This document shows positions 22,920 through 35,800 of a DNA stretch of 64,000 nucleotides, piece after piece. Where the stretch lies: NCBI GenBank assembly GCA_004764695.1, contig SMSO01000032.1:4496483-4560482 (forward strand), in the 5' to 3' direction. Position 1 is the stretch's first letter. Every line of letters begins with the position of its first letter. A program made the translations under genes and the position numbers. Origin of the DNA: Schizochytrium sp. TIO01. Taxonomy: Eukaryota > Protista > Bigyra: Labyrinthulomycetes. The notes under the pieces were generated by a model that had not been told where the DNA came from, ran no database searches, and saw only the letters and a program-made list of their open reading frames with translations.

Positions 22920-23504
22920 CTTATCTAAAACTTGCATAGATGAGGAAGTATGATTTGCTAAAATGGTAGATTTGGAAACACATTAAAATTTAAATGTTAA
23001 AGAATAAAAGACCTGTCTTGGTTTTCTGTTTTCTAAGAATTAAGTGAGAGTCTAGAGTTGGACATTTTGTGTTCAACAGATGGTCAATTTTGAAACCTTT
23101 AAAGAACAGTGTCAATATTCTTGCTGCTGATAGTTTTTTTCCGAAAGAAGAACTTCAGTAAGGAGTATACCTCAACCAAACCCGTGAAGGTTTTGTTTCC
23201 ATCAAATCTTGACTACATCCAGGCTTAGATACTTTTGTTTTAACATTTTCAAGGTAAGCGAAGTTGCAACGTTCAGAAAATTCGTATTAATATAGTTTCT
23301 CCAAAACTTTTCTTATGAAGATCTTCAAGAGAAGCAATGCGCACAGCTGAGACTGTGGTACTTTGAGGCATGCAAGATAACAAGACCTAGAAGATGCAGA
23401 AACACTTCGGAAAAGAAACAGAAATCGAAAGCCTTGCGACGAACATCAGGAACTAGAAAGCTACCATTGAGTTGCAAAAAAGAAATGGAGCTAGGCAAAA
23501 GGAG

Positions 23505-24121
23505 TTAAGCAGTGCGTTGAATGATATGGAAGCCGCTATCGGATTGAATGATTCCACTTGTCTCTCCTACGGCAAGGTTGAATGCCGCATCCTCGAAAGG
23601 TTTCTGCATCATGCCACGGCCAAATTTACCAAGATCTCCACCACGCTTGAAGCTGCTGCAATCACTCTCAGCATGGGCAATATCAGCAAACTTACTCGGA
23701 TCTTGGTCCAAGGTTTGCTGGATGGCCTCAAGACCAGCAATTGCATCTTCAGGTGTACGGCTGACACGTTCGTTGGTTCGGCGACTTACTGGGTTTCGAG
23801 ATCCTGAGTGCTTATAGAGGATGTGAGAGGCTTTCACTTGTGTCGGTAATGCTGCATCCTCAGCTGTGGGTTTTTCCCAGCGTGATACACGCGAAAACTC
23901 GTTGAAGAAGTAAATAGATCCAGGGTTGCTTCTGTTGTTGTGACGTAGGAGAAAAACCAGTAGAGTATGGGAAGGCATCGTTAGATAAATAATATGATAC
24001 GCAAGACAAGATATTGAGCATCAAAGACAGTGTAGAGTTCAAGCTTGTTTTCTGATGTAGTTCTCACTTACGTGCTTTCGCGGGCAACCCAGCCAGGCGG
24101 TAGCGAGAGTTCTTCCGACAT
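23505..24121 (-). CDS. PIN1: Peptidyl-prolyl cis-trans isomerase Pin1/Ess1 (WW + parvulin); exons 24121-24072 and 23931-23505, 158 aa
   Basis: Splicing gives MSEELSLPPGWVAREST-SNPGSIYFFNEFSRVSRWEKP (WW domain). Parvulin domain follows: VKASHILYKHSGSRNP, SDCSSFKRGGDLG, MQKPFEDAAF, SGFHII. Confidence 0.95.
23932..24071 (-). other. Spliceosomal intron (140 nt, phase 2) in PIN1
   Basis: GTAAGT donor at 24071 and CAG acceptor at 23932; removing it rebuilds an intact WW domain. Confidence 0.9.
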
Positions 24122-26038
24122 GTTTGGCTGTTGCGTGGTCGGTAGATGCTTATCCTTCGAATTATTTGCGAAGAAAGAAGACAAGGCGAGAAGGCAAGCT
24201 GGGATGCTTGGAGTTCGAGAGAAGCACCCTTACGGTCTGTCCCTGCACTGGTCTCTTGTTCAGTCGACACGTCGCAGGGCGTCGATGATGTAGATCTATT
24301 GGTTTCTTTCTCTTTCCTTTTTATTTCTAATATTATTTTATAGATACCCTACAACCTTCTACTTGAGTACGGGACTATGAAGGTAAGTACGGAGGTACAT
24401 AGGTACGTATTACTCTACTAGTAGCTTTGACTTAAGTTTTTTATGCAAGTGAAGGAGATTTCAGGGAGAGCCTTTGAATAGTAAGAGTGGAATGGCAAAG
24501 GTAACCAAACATCAATTTTCATGAACAGTATGTCAGTGACTAGTTACATCAGGAGGCCTCCACTTATGGAGTCAGCTACTATTGTTAGCAAGAAGCTCAG
24601 CAATTCTGAAACTAGCCTACATTTAACCCCATCAATGTCTAAAAACGGTGCATTACTTGATTTCCAGAACCTGAAACCTGCAGAATAGGTAGTCTCTTCT
24701 AGGACTAACATGTTTAGAGCCATGGCATATCAATTCAACAATATCTTGAAGTGGTGCGATTTCACTATAGTAGGTACTTTCAACTACGGTAACTCACCTT
24801 CATACTTTGATATTCTCTAAGCCCATTCAGCATCGCGTCCTCACCTGTTCAACTAATCTCTTACAAGTACTCTAAAAAAATTCTCTTTTGAGAACATATA
24901 TAAAGCTTGCGAGAAAGCGACCACAAAAACTAGATGAATACTGCATTCTTTTCTTTATTATTCTCTGATCTCAACATTCTGGGAGGGAGCGGCTCCCGAC
25001 CCACAAGTTAGAGTTTGGCTATAAATTAGCTATAATACTACGTCAGAATATGGCCTTATTTATTTTATCCTATGAAATCTTATTGATTGTCAAAATAGTG
25101 CAGGATCCAAGTGTCTGAGTTTAGTAACGTGGTTCTTTAGGGACACAAATTTATGTCACTGCTAAATTACCAATCGAAGAGTCATGTGGACAAGACATTA
25201 ACTATTAAGACTTGTAATTTATAAGACTGTGAATATCAGATAATAATGTGTAAGACCAAGGAAACTCAAGAGTGAAAGTATACACGTAACCCAGAGATTA
25301 TGTAAGGACAACCTAGATTTGAGGTTGACCGAACCCCTTGAAATCTATGTAATAACAGATAAAGTATGTCTTAGTCTCTTTAATAGAATATGATCTAACC
25401 CACCAGGGTGTTCATCAGTGGGTTGCTTAATCTATAAGCCTGGGTTATACAATGCCTTATCATGCTTTCAAAGCTTCTTCCCTTCACTTTCCCAGCCAAC
25501 TCTGGCTGAAAAGATAATAGCTTCCTGTAGTCCCCCAGGTCTTCAGGATTATCGGTGGGATGGTCTCATTCTCCCATACCTATAACCCAGTGCTTCCAGG
25601 CTTCTTTAAGTTTGTCAAGACCTTCAGTATTTACACGGCGCTTGGGTTGGAAATCTCAGCACGGAAACTACACGAATTTCTTTTTTCACAGACCCCCTGG
25701 ATATATATTAAAAATTCGGCACTACAACAAAACGCTTCCGAAATGATCATTTTAGTTCTGAAAATGATAAAGTATTTCCCAAACTCATACATAAATTACA
25801 TAAATAAATCTTTCTGAAAAGACAATCGATTCCATGCACTTCATCTATATCTGAATACAAATGAGAGCTTAGTAGCTTTAATCATCCTTCTTTCAGAGGT
25901 TTTCAACCATAGAGTGTAGCCTCGATCGAGGAATAACGAAGATGATGTTGGAGATCTGATTTCATAGTACGCACCCAAATGACCAATCTTCTGATATATC
26001 ATATTATTTCCATGTACATAATATATAATCGTAAATGA

Positions 26039-27067
26039 TCACGAGAAGCTTGCCTGGCTTACTACATCTAAATCTACTTCATCCATTGTGAATCCAACAC
26101 GGGTGCTTCCTCGAGTAACAGGCAGTTTTTCATTTTCGGATATGTCTTCCATAATTCGTTTTTCAAGAGCCTCTCGGGCAGCCTGTCTTGCGCGATTCAA
26201 GCGTATATTTGATGATTCAATAAATAACGGCGGTACTTCATTTCCGAGTTTGCGTCCACGCACTTGTGATTCTTCGACTGACTTCTCTTCTCTAAGTGAG
26301 ACATCAAAGTTGTTATTTTGGGCTGCACGACGAGAACGTTGGTTCTTATGTTGAGGTGATTCTTGCTTCGCTTTTCTAGGTAGCGGCGGCACTTGTGTGC
26401 CGCGAATCTTAGCCTTTTCTTGAAGTGCTTCAATAGCTCTTGCATGATCTATATCTAATAGAGTCTTGTCATGTGCGTCAAGACGGTATTTCAATTTTTG
26501 AATGCGCCGGATATGACCAGCCCGAGCATCTGCCGAAGCCTGATAGGCTACTTCACGTCGTCTAATTGAAGCTGCGAAAAGAAATGCATGTGTCCTCACT
26601 GCAAGTTTTGCTAGCAGCTCCCAACCAAGGCGAATGATACTGAAAGTTGGTGGATCAATGTAGTCTTCAGGTACTTCAATTCCTGCAGCTTCAAGCTCTT
26701 CTCGTTTATGAGCATGAACAATTGACCCCTTTGTCATAATCCGAACCCAGCGATCAAACTCGGCATCTAAAACATCATCAAAAGCTTCAATTTGCATTTG
26801 TATGTACTTTCGCCTTTTTACATTGCCATCTTTGTCTGGGTTGAGTAGGGTAAAAGCACCACGTGCTGCCTCAATCTCGTCCGGAGTTAGCTTTTCTACT
26901 TGTGTAAGAAATTCTGCGAACGATATACACCCATTCCCGCCAACATCAAGTCTATCAAACACGCTAGCAACTTTTTTGTAGCGATAGTGTCGTAGAAGGG
27001 GATCCTCTTCTTCCACGTTTTCAGTATCTCCGGTTGCAGTTGTGTCCTTACTCTCATCAGTCAGCAT
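26039..27067 (-). CDS. EF-hand domain protein of unknown function, 342 aa
   Basis: EF loop DVGGNGCISFAE and a degenerate second loop NPDKDGNVKRRK; charged helical C-terminal half; in-frame stop just before the ATG. Confidence 0.75.
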   Translation of the reverse strand: MLTDESKDTTATGDTENVEEEDPLLRHYRYKKVASVFDRLDVGGNGCISFAEFLTQVEKLTPDEIEAARGAFTLLNPDKDGNVKRRKYIQMQIEAFDDVLDAEFDRWVRIMTKGSIVHAHKREELEAAGIEVPEDYIDPPTFSIIRLGWELLAKLAVRTHAFLFAASIRRREVAYQASADARAGHIRRIQKLKYRLDAHDKTLLDIDHARAIEALQEKAKIRGTQVPPLPRKAKQESPQHKNQRSRRAAQNNNFDVSLREEKSVEESQVRGRKLGNEVPPLFIESSNIRLNRARQAAREALEKRIMEDISENEKLPVTRGSTRVGFTMDEVDLDVVSQASFS

Positions 27068-28048
27068 AGTCTAGCCTTTTGAGTCAGCCTTCCTTCTTTG
27101 CTTTGACTCTTCTTGATAGATCTGTAGTCAAGCAGCAGAAGGGGAGGAGACAAGCGTAGTAACACTAGCACCAACCTTGCTTTCTACTGCAAGCACGCTC
27201 TGACGTGGTGCAAGGACTCTTGGGCTTGCCTGTCGATTATTCAACTTAACGTTTTCTTGCTTACTATCAGTAGAAATGCTTTTTCCTTGCAATACTTTTC
27301 TCATGCACACTGACTTGGCCAATGGACTTTGAGCTCCTTGGCCACAAACCGGCTTGGTGAATATCGACTGATGCCAACAAAAGGCACGAACAAAAAGCGT
27401 GCATCAATGCGATATCAGGCACGAAAGTGAGCCGTTGAAAATAATTTTAAAAGGCTTCCACTTCTCTCTAGTAGATTCCCTAAGAGTTCAAGACAATCCT
27501 ATTAGAACCCTCGCAGACTCAGTACTACCCCATATAATACGAGTCTTTAAAACAAAGTGCCAGAACCAAAGATACAGCAATGGGAAGCTGGATGCAGTCT
27601 GCAAGACGATGTCTTAAAATTTTTGGATCCTGATAAGGAAATACACTTTAGAGAGAGGCAGACAGAGACAATTTACCCTTCATAGATACTACGTTTTTGC
27701 CCACGTTACAGTATGACATTTTGGGTATACTGCCATACATAGCATCCATTATCTTGGAGAGTTTTGAAAGTACTCCAACTCGTTAACTAAATGCAGTTTC
27801 GGGCCAGGAACAATATTTTGCTGAGCAGAAAATTCTATAAAATGCTACGCTTACACTATTTTATTAACTTCAAGCACACGCCATCAAGCCTTTGACTAGC
27901 ACTTTTTTTGTAGCCTTTAAATTTTGTTTTGCTCGTTGAAGTCTTTGCATCAAAGATGGCTATGCAAAAAAGAGTGTGAAATTATAGATGCGGGTTTATA
28001 TCGAAATTGAATATGGTTTCAATTATATTGAGACCCACACTCAATGCA

Positions 28049-28145
28049 ACTACTGAGAAGGGATACATATACATCGTCAAAAGGTGCTCCTTTTAACCTT
28101 GCAAACTCATATCGTAAAGATGTATCTGTATCCCTTTTCAGTAGT
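28049..28145. repeat. 27-bp imperfect inverted repeat (MITE-like or hairpin)
   Basis: Arm 1 ACTACTGAGAAGGGATACATATACATC (28049-28075) versus reverse complement of arm 2 (28119-28145) ACTACTGAAAAGGGATACAGATACATC: 25/27 match. Confidence 0.85.
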
Positions 28146-30913
28146 AACTTTTCTCAACAGTCGCTCTGATTATCATCGACATGGTCCTTGCATACTGTGC
28201 TGATTGTGTAGAACCTACAGGTGGCACAGAATAAACAAAACTACAATGCTGAGTTTCTAACAGACACATCCCAACACTTGAACAGGTAGGTACTAAGTAC
28301 AATCTCACTAATATGGTTTGATCCGAGTTTTCTCAACGTATGGAATTACTATGAGCAGCCTCTGACTGATGATCTCAAACTTCAAAATCATGAACCCATT
28401 ATTGCTTCAGATTTTTAGATAACGCTCAAGTAATCGGGCGTCTTTGCTATCTACGTTCTCAAAATTCCACGACAAAATGTCTTATTGATTTTGATAAGCT
28501 ACAGCTGGTTGTGAGATTGCCAATAGTCAAGGCTTGGCTTTCTCAGTCCCCGCTTCTTAAGGAGGTAACGTTTGTGTCTTCGAATCCGCGAAAATTTATG
28601 TTCTGAATTCAATGTGTGTGTTTAAAGATTATCATAATTTATCTTCCCCTGATTATTTAGCGCATTCGAGGATTTTAGTTGCATTGCTAAAGAGAGCAAT
28701 CAAGCTGTATAGTTTCTCGAAGCAATATACAGTTACTGTGGTCTCGTCTTCTTCTTTTCATTGTAATTATATTGCTGGTAGGTTGTTTAGGTCTGAGGCG
28801 ATTCGTTCAGAGAAGATATATAGGATTCCCTTTTCAAAATTTAATTTTAAAAAAGAAAACAAATTAAAGTAAAGTAAAAAGATTAAAATCATATGATATA
28901 TTATGAGGTATTTATTGAAATACTAGTATAGCTTTGAATGAGAGTACTTTTCTAAACCTATTTCAACTTTAAAAAGAGGTTGGCACTGTTGTCAGCTTGA
29001 GAAAGATCCAACGACCTGGTTTATACTAGATTGCCTGGGTGAACAACATAATTGTGGAGTTGTGCAGCATCCATAGAAGATCCCACATGGTTTGACACGA
29101 TAGATACCTGCTACCATGATAGGCATGATGATGATCATCAGATCCAAATCCAACTCGTTCAGCTTATCTGTATATTTCCTTATTCCCTAACACTTTAACC
29201 TGAATTTAATTGCCGCTCCCCAACGATCCATTTTTTGGTAGGAATGATGCACCTTGGAAGATGCTCCAAGCTATCTTAATTCCCGTACGTATGCCATCAA
29301 TCGATCATTTATGATGACAGCCAAGGTATATAAATAACGACAAAGGTACATAAGGACTGGAAAGATAATCTTGATAATTAACCAAGAAATCAACCAATCA
29401 ATAGCATAGTTGCAGACTGTTGGCAATGAACGGCCGTATATATATTTCTTATTGTAATGTTCATAGTATTATGGTGCTTTAGAGTGCGATTTAGCTGAGA
29501 GTCTGCCATTGTATCTATTTATCTATAGATATCTTTAGATAGATAGACATACAAAAGGAGAAAGGTGCCTTTAGGAATCTAGAATCGTGTTGAGGTGCTA
29601 CTTCATATAATGATGGTATTCAGAGAATGGGAATAGAGCGAGCTGTGCGTAAGTAGGTAGTCATCAGTAATATGCCACAATCTTACAGTGTTAATGCAGA
29701 TTGCGCGCTGTCCTTATTTTCGAAAGGGTATCCTTAGTAGGTTCTCAAGTAGGTTCAAGTAGCTACCTAACTGGTACTAATATATATATATATATATTAA
29801 TAATCAACGATGAAAAGATCGGACCGTGGGACTTCATTGGAAGAGGTTATTATTCTGCTTTAAAACACTTTAACAAAAAAAAGGAAAACTTACTATAACT
29901 TCATTTACCCATATTGTTCTTCATCATGCAAAATCTGCGATAATTGACCTGTCAACTTGATCATTTACATCATTATTTCCATTATAGCGCCTTTTTAAAC
30001 ACTCACGTAGGTAGGATAGTAGTGCGCCTTTTTATTTATTTTCTAGCTTATTTTAAAAAGTTATTCTGATTATTACCTTCAAGAATATGATAGTTAGTAG
30101 GATTACAGAAATGTATAGGCAGGTATACATACCTGTATAATATATGATTAATAAAACAAACTTGCAATAGAAGATTTAAAAAGAAAACTTAAGAGCCATT
30201 GGCAAAACGTGGTTTGGCCCGTCTGCGTGGTGACCTCGTTATAAAGTGGGACTATAAGGCAGTGTGTCTCAGTCCCTAGTAAATAAATCTCACTCGTTGT
30301 AAGCTTTCAGAAATTCCCTAGGCCTACCTAATACCTAGCTATGGACTAAGCTATCAATGCCTAGCTATGTACTTCGGCTAACTTCTTGAGGCGCACAACT
30401 TTTAAGGCGCAGATAAAGTTGAAAAAAACAAAAATAATAAATTAATGAAAAACAAAGTACTACTAATGATTATAGTAGTAATCTGTCTCCCGTATGATGG
30501 TTTCTAAAAAAAAGTCCACAAGAAAAGGACTATTACTACCTACTTTATTAGTTGGTAGATGACCGAATCCTACTTTATAGTCTATAGAGAGACTAGTTCC
30601 CTACGGTAGTGCCATCTAATCTATTGGCATATCAAAGAACCCATTAAAGATCCTGGGCCGAGTACCTGAGGGGATAATTAACAATATTTGCAAGCAAACT
30701 CGTAACACTCGCTGTGCCAGTCTGCGTTGAGACGAAGGGGCTGTTGCTTTGAAGCAGCGTAGCCATCTCGCTTTACGATTATAAACAGATATCTCTGTGT
30801 GAAGTCTTCTACGAAACACCAAGGAAGGGTTTACGAAACCAAGGGTTGAAGAGGTTTGAGCTTCAGGCTCACTCCAGCGCGAAGCCCGGGACGGATTGCA
30901 AACGCAAGCAACT

Positions 30914-32095
30914 ATGACGATCAAGGCAGCATCATCTTTCCTTTTCCAGAGCACCAAAAGCATTTGGTGTGAGCTAGGTTCTTCTCGGCATGTAGGGCGT
31001 GTTCTTAGTGAGGATCTCATGCTCAAGCCCAAAAGCGCAAAGACTGTAGTGGTAGTCTCAGACAAAGGTATCACCAGCCGCAATCTTGAACTACCGAGCT
31101 TTGAGAACCTCGCGGAGCATGGCTACGAAGTTGTGCTCTTCGATGATGTTGTGGCGGACCCTCCCGAAAGTGTCGTTCTTGATGCTGTTGACCTCGCCAA
31201 GAGTGTTGATGCTGCATGCGTAATCGGTTTTGGTGGTGGATCTTCTCTGGATACCGCCAAGTTAGTATCTTTCTTGGCCCATCCCAGTGCTAAGCAGAAG
31301 ATTGGGGATATCTATGGAGTTGGCAATTGCTTCGGGCCTCGTCTACCTTTAGTGCAGATCCCCACCACTGCTGGTACTGGATCAGAGGTCACTCCGATCT
31401 CCATTATCACGACTGGTGAAAACGAGAAGAAGGGTGTTGTATCCCCGGTGCTCTTGCCAGATGTTGCTGTCCTTGACGGCGAGCTCACAGCCTCTTTGCC
31501 TGCCCATGTAACTTCTGCAACTGGTGTGGACGCCATGGTGCATGCAATTGAGGCATACACCAGTCGCATTAAGAAAAACCCACTGTCAGACCTGCTGGCC
31601 CGTGAGGCACTTCGGCTGCTTGGCAAAAACATCAAAACTGTTGTTTGTTCAGAGCCAGATAACATGGAGGCACGCTCAGAGATGCTCTTGGGTTCAATGT
31701 ATGCCGGCATGGCATTTGCAAATGCCCCGGTTGGTGCCGTACATGCTCTTGCATACCCTATTGGGTCTCACTTTCATGTGCCCCATGGACTTTCTAATGC
31801 CTTGATGCTGCCACATGTTCTTCGCTTCAACATGGAATCAGCACGTGACCTCTACGCTGACCTTGCCCCGATTGTGTTTCCTGGTAGGCCGGCGAAGGCT
31901 GAAGCCTTTGTTGAAGGCATTGAAGAGCTTATTGATACCCTCAAGATGGACAATCACCTCACGCAAGTCGGTATTCAAGAGAAGGACCTTGATATGCTTG
32001 CAAAGCTTGCGATGAAGCAAACTCGTCTCTTGCCGAACAACCCTCGTGAGGTCACTGAAGCTGACGCATTCGAACTTTACAGACAAGCACTTTAA
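30914..32095 (+). CDS. Iron-containing (group III) alcohol dehydrogenase, bacterial-like, 393 aa
   Basis: GFGGGSSLDTAK, PTTAGTGSEVT, metal ligands in DAMVHAIEAY and HALAYPIGSHFHVPHG, C-terminal NNPR. First ATG is at 30914; the track start at 30896 is TTG. Confidence 0.93.
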   Translation: MTIKAASSFLFQSTKSIWCELGSSRHVGRVLSEDLMLKPKSAKTVVVVSDKGITSRNLELPSFENLAEHGYEVVLFDDVVADPPESVVLDAVDLAKSVDAACVIGFGGGSSLDTAKLVSFLAHPSAKQKIGDIYGVGNCFGPRLPLVQIPTTAGTGSEVTPISIITTGENEKKGVVSPVLLPDVAVLDGELTASLPAHVTSATGVDAMVHAIEAYTSRIKKNPLSDLLAREALRLLGKNIKTVVCSEPDNMEARSEMLLGSMYAGMAFANAPVGAVHALAYPIGSHFHVPHGLSNALMLPHVLRFNMESARDLYADLAPIVFPGRPAKAEAFVEGIEELIDTLKMDNHLTQVGIQEKDLDMLAKLAMKQTRLLPNNPREVTEADAFELYRQAL

Positions 32096-32843
32096 ATAGG
32101 GTATGTACGCAGGTATATAACCGTAGATAACTAATCACAAGATCTGATTATTTCAAAATTTGGATTCCTCAGTACCTACTTGCAAACAACCTACTTGGGT
32201 GTTGCACTGAAGGTGGGGAAAAAAAAAAGAAGGATTCGTGACTGTTTTCATCATTGGTACTATGATGAAATTTCCTCCGTGTTTCATGTGTATGCTCCGT
32301 TGTTACCATAGACGTTTTCACAAGGTGTTTTCTCTTTTCAAAGTTAATTCACTTGGTGTTCCTGATAGTGTTTTGGAAGGGGTGTTCAACGTTCCCTTTT
32401 CTATTCACTTCAATACAGGAAACCTCATACAGTTGTGTTATTAATTCAACAATTCTCGACTTGGCATTTGGTGAACCAAGTGATGCAAGTGGTTTTCCCC
32501 TCTACTTTATTAAGTAATAGAAATTAAGCAAGAATTGAAAGAAGAAAAGCAGTACTCTACCTTGTGCATGTTTTATTGAAAAGAGAGCAAACGAGAAGGA
32601 TAATCAATGGACATCGAGCAACTCTATACATAACCGCTGAAATTATGTAAAATCAGAAAGAGAGACAGTCTTGATCGGTATTCATATCTAGTTTCTTACA
32701 GAATATTCACATAAGGAAAGACAGGTCTTAGTTAAGCTTCCCCACAAAATCTTGAAGACTAATATGAATTGGTCATTCTGAATGGCAAACAGTTTAGACC
32801 AAAAAAAAGTTTAAAAAGTTAAAAAACTTCCTTTAGATGAATT

Positions 32844-35800
32844 TTAGAAATCAAAGTCTGAATCATCGTCATCACTGACATTTCGTATTTTGATTGTTTT
32901 CGGTGATACTTCTCGGGAGCGCACAAATTTCTCTGAACCCATGGTTTCCATCGTTTTTGATTTGCATGGGTCAGCATTCGGAAGGGAGTTTTGACTTGGA
33001 TACTGTGCATTGCATCTCTCTTTGTTGAAGGTATTCTGGTCTAGTTCACTCTGATGGTCCGTTTCCAAAAGGATGTTATGGTGCCGATTCTTTCCATTAT
33101 CAACATCCTCATCTTCGTCATCCTCGTCGTTGAGGAGAGCAAAGCTTGGTATCTCGGAATGATTTGAAGAATGTTTGTCACAATTTGTTTCGTGTTGAGA
33201 GTTGCCTTTTGGTGGGGGGGTATCATTTGGCACTGTCTGCTTTGATGATGCATCTTTTTCGTCATCTCCATCTATACCTATCAAATTAAACTGAGGAGAA
33301 CTTATAGATTGGTTCTGTTTAGAAGCAGATGTTGACGAGGCTCCTTCCAACGACATCCTATTTGACTTCGTATCAGGGTAATCGGCACCCGCATCAAACG
33401 CTGCCAAGATAGTTTCTTTTGCAGACACATTTTCAGAGGAAGTAGAATGCTTACTGGCGATGGGCGAGTAAAACTTATCGTCATCATCCGCAAATTCTGG
33501 ATCATTATCTTCTTCTTCGCTACTGGAGTCAAGGCTCAAAATCACAGGGCCTGGCGGAAAGCTTGGACGAGGTTTTTTCTGACATCTTGTTTTCGCTCCA
33601 GAACTGTAGCTTTGCTGCCCACTTTCGTCTCGAGGAGTACTTCCAGTAGCAGCAAAAGATGATTGAGAAGCTTGTAAAGCGTTGCTTCCGCCATCACTTT
33701 CGACCGAAGAGGAGAGAAAGGAATCGGCTGACTCAGAATTTGCACGAGGTCTTTTTTGGGAGGATGAATTTTTGGTACGGCGACTTATCGTCTTTGTTTT
33801 GGATTGCTTCGTAGAGCCTGGGGTCTCAGGAGCGAGACATTCTTGGTCTGAAATATAACGCTTCTCTGCATTGTCAAGTGGTATGTGATATTTCACTTGA
33901 CCTGAATTCGATGCTAAAGAGGATGCATAGACGCCAGGTTCAAGATATGCATTTGTTTTGTACCCCGAAGAGCGCCATTTGATTTTGAATATGTGAGACA
34001 TCAAAAGTTGCATACAGAGTTGTTCTGCTTGTGTGACTGACCAAGCTTTGTTGGAGGATGTGCGCGGTTTGAATTCCTTTCGCCATGTTTGTAAAAGTTT
34101 TGTCATTGTAATGTTAACCGATTTGCTACCTCCTCGCAAAAGGCTCTGCAAAGTCTTTAAAAGAGATTTGGCATGCGAGGTAAAGTCCACAACTTCGAAA
34201 TTAACCTTTTGTGCTGAGGAACTGCGAGCGCAAACATCACACTTACCCTTGCAAAGTTTATTTTTGTCAAACGGTTCACCGAATACTTCTGCCATGAATT
34301 TGCGGCGGCAGTAAACTTCATTCTCACAGTAGCGAACTATTTCTATGAGCTTTTCTCCTCCGTTTCTTGCATCTGAAACGAGAGCACTCACACGTAGGAC
34401 ATCCGGGCGACGGTAAAATAAAATACAATGGGCATCTTTCCCATCACGACCGGCACGGCCAGATTCTTGGCAATATGCCTCCATATTCTTAGGCATAGAC
34501 AGGTGTACAACAAATCTTACATCTGGCTTATCTATACCCATTCCAAAAGCAGAAGTTGCACAGATGAGTTGAATCTGCCCTGTGCCTGGGTGCCCTGCCG
34601 CATATGTGCTCCATTCGTAGTGAATACGCTGTTTGGTAGCAGAATCCAATTCTGCATGATAAGGCGCAGCCTTGAGGCCTAACTCCATGAGAGCCTTGGC
34701 TGTGTCTTCTGTGTCTTTGCGAGAAAAACAATACACGATTCCACACTGTTTGGGAAATCGGGATTTGATCATGTCTGCCAAAGCTGTTGTGTGCTCTGTG
34801 GCTGCAGATGATTTTTCCAAAACCTCGTAAATAAGGTTTGAGCGATTAAATGTTGTTCTGAACCGGATCCAACTATGGCGAGCTGATGCTGTCGTACCAA
34901 GGAGTGTTTCGCACACAGATTTTTCAACACTTGCTGTGGCAGTGGCTGTGACTGCTAGTATAGGGGTTTGGGGGAAGCGCTGTTTCAAAATGTGTAGCTT
35001 TTGATAGTCTGGTCTGAAGTCGTGACCCATAGTGGAACAGCAGTGAGCTTCGTCAATGACAAATCGTCCCAGCGAGTCCCGACCATAAAGTTGCTCCAAA
35101 ACACTCATGAACTGTTTGCTCTTGGTGATTTTCTCAGGAGTAACGTAGACAAGTCGTAATTGCAAATTGCGAATAGCATGCAAAGTTTCACGAGCGTCTT
35201 CTCGAGAAGTCTCTCCACATAGCATGGCTGCAGCGACGTTACGTTTTTGCAAAGACATAACTTGATCTCGACTGAGACTGAGAAGAGGAGACACGACAAC
35301 AGTGAGCTTGCGAGCTTCAAACACTGCAGGAACTTGATAGATTAGGCTTTTGCCGGCACCTGTTGGCATAACAACAAAAGTATCAACACCGCTTAGTGTA
35401 GCATTAATTGCACAAAGCTGAAGCGAACGAAAGTTGTTGTGGCCAAATTGATTTTGTAATATGTTGCGAACTTCTGTAGAATGATCGAAGTCTTCGGAAT
35501 CCCATTTTCGAGAGATTTGCGCGCCATGGGTTTGTAGTTGTATGTCTCGAAGCTCGTCCTCACATGCGTTACGCCGAGTTTCAAGGTTTTTAATTCGAGT
35601 ATTCAAAAGCTCGCGCTCGCGCTGTAAGTTATTGAGTTCATAGCGCAGCTTTTGTAGTTCCTCCTGTTTCAGAACGCGTTGCGCATTGAGCGTCTGCATA
35701 ACCTCATGATCTCTTGATATGCCCTGGTGTTTGGGGCTACGTTTTGCACCATCGTTACAGCCATTGCTGTTGTTCTTCTTGTGGCCACCGGAACTAGTGC

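Noticed and set aside
23932-23978. N-terminus 'MPSHTLLVFLL' of the track's Pin1 ORF as a signal peptide
   Set aside because: It is intron sequence; splicing gives a canonical WW domain.
25200-25817. Possible retroelement remnant ('EDLGDYRKL' on the minus strand)
   Set aside because: One weak motif with no downstream RT motifs or terminal repeats.
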